A stretch of 61,370 nucleotides of DNA from positions 1 to 61,370 of the forward strand of contig CALRVY020000001.1 in the NCBI GenBank assembly GCA_943371725.1. Direction: 5' to 3'. A program made the translations under genes and the position numbers. A model generated the notes under the pieces. That model was not told the DNA's origin and did not search any database. It worked only from the letters and a program-made list of their open reading frames with translations. This stretch comes from Pseudanabaena sp. UWO311 (GTDB taxonomy: Bacteria; Bacteroidota; Bacteroidia; Flavobacteriales; Flavobacteriaceae). Every line of letters begins with the position of its first letter. Position 1 is the stretch's first letter. This document shows, in pieces, positions 60,840-61,370 of the stretch.

Positions 60840-61370
60840 TTACTGTATCTTGTAGTTTTTAACGTCGGCCGCTTTTCCTGGGAGTTTAAGCGAATTGTAG
60901 TGAATTTTATCCTCTACATCGAATTTTCCGTTTTTGTTAGAATCTTCAGCAGTTCTGAAATAGATCGTATTTGTTTCTTCGATGAGTTTCCAATCGATTA
61001 ATTCGTGGAATGGTGCGGTTAATTTTTCGAAATTTGAGCCATCAACATTGCTAATATATAATGCTTTAATGTCTTTTTCATTTAATTGACCGTCGCGGTT
61101 GGTATCTTCATCTTCCAAGGTGTAAATCAAAAATTGCTGCTTGGTTTTATCTGCAACCGACTTTAAAAAAGTTGCTGTTTGTATGTAAACAGGCTTTTCG
61201 CTAAGTGCATAAATGGTGTCTTGACCTATTTTTTGAAACTTCAAATTGCTGAGCATGCCCGTAATTTCAAAGTCTCTGTAATTGGAAATATTACTTGGAG
61301 CATTAGACCCGACTTCGCCCGAATAGGTGTTTGAAGATTTGTAATCGCTGCGCAAACTCAATTTACCTAC
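60840..61370 (-). CDS. Hypothetical protein, 5' end outside the window
   Basis: Open frame to the window edge; DTNRDG and DSNKNG Ca-loop-like motifs. Confidence 0.7.
   Translation of the reverse strand, partial: VGKLSLRSDYKSSNTYSGEVGSNAPSNISNYRDFEITGMLSNLKFQKIGQDTIYALSEKPVYIQTATFLKSVADKTKQQFLIYTLEDEDTNRDGQLNEKDIKALYISNVDGSNFEKLTAPFHELIDWKLIEETNTIYFRTAEDSNKNGKFDVEDKIHYNSLKLPGKAADVKNYKIQ

Overview
61-kb window of a Flavobacterium-like (Bacteroidota) chromosome; taxonomy is inferred from TAnnTTTG promoters, fused ccoNO, type B L31 and family-typical repeats. The backbone is housekeeping: glutamine synthetase III, IcmF, RlmH, a 2-oxoacid dehydrogenase E2, a full cbb3-oxidase locus (Crp/Fnr, ccoI-S-NO-Q-P-G-H, DsbD-like, hemN) with three shared TGA-N6-TCA boxes, ManA, QueD, Idi, GlmU-like, L31, Pgm, MsbA-like, tRNA-Val(GAC) and tRNA-Thr(TGT), plus an MbnP/MbnH cluster. 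Small AT-rich accessory patches are interspersed. The best candidates for undescribed biology are: (i) a stand-alone gasdermin-like gene (36601-37305) that seems to lack both a C-terminal inhibitory tail and an adjacent protease, lying next to a NUMOD4/HNH gene and a peptidoglycan-binding Cys-enzyme; (ii) an ABC-ATPase plus PD-(D/E)xK-like pair (49099-50969); (iii) a DUF2188 plus TIR/NDT-like pair (8679-9567). Intergenic DNA is dense in structured repeats: about 8 Flavo-1-like hairpin elements that often bracket accessory genes, a ~200-220 bp MITE family with a visible empty/filled site pair, a 120-bp tandem repeat, a two-variant 8-bp VNTR and an orphan sRNA candidate. All protein calls come from motif recognition by eye; no database searches were run.
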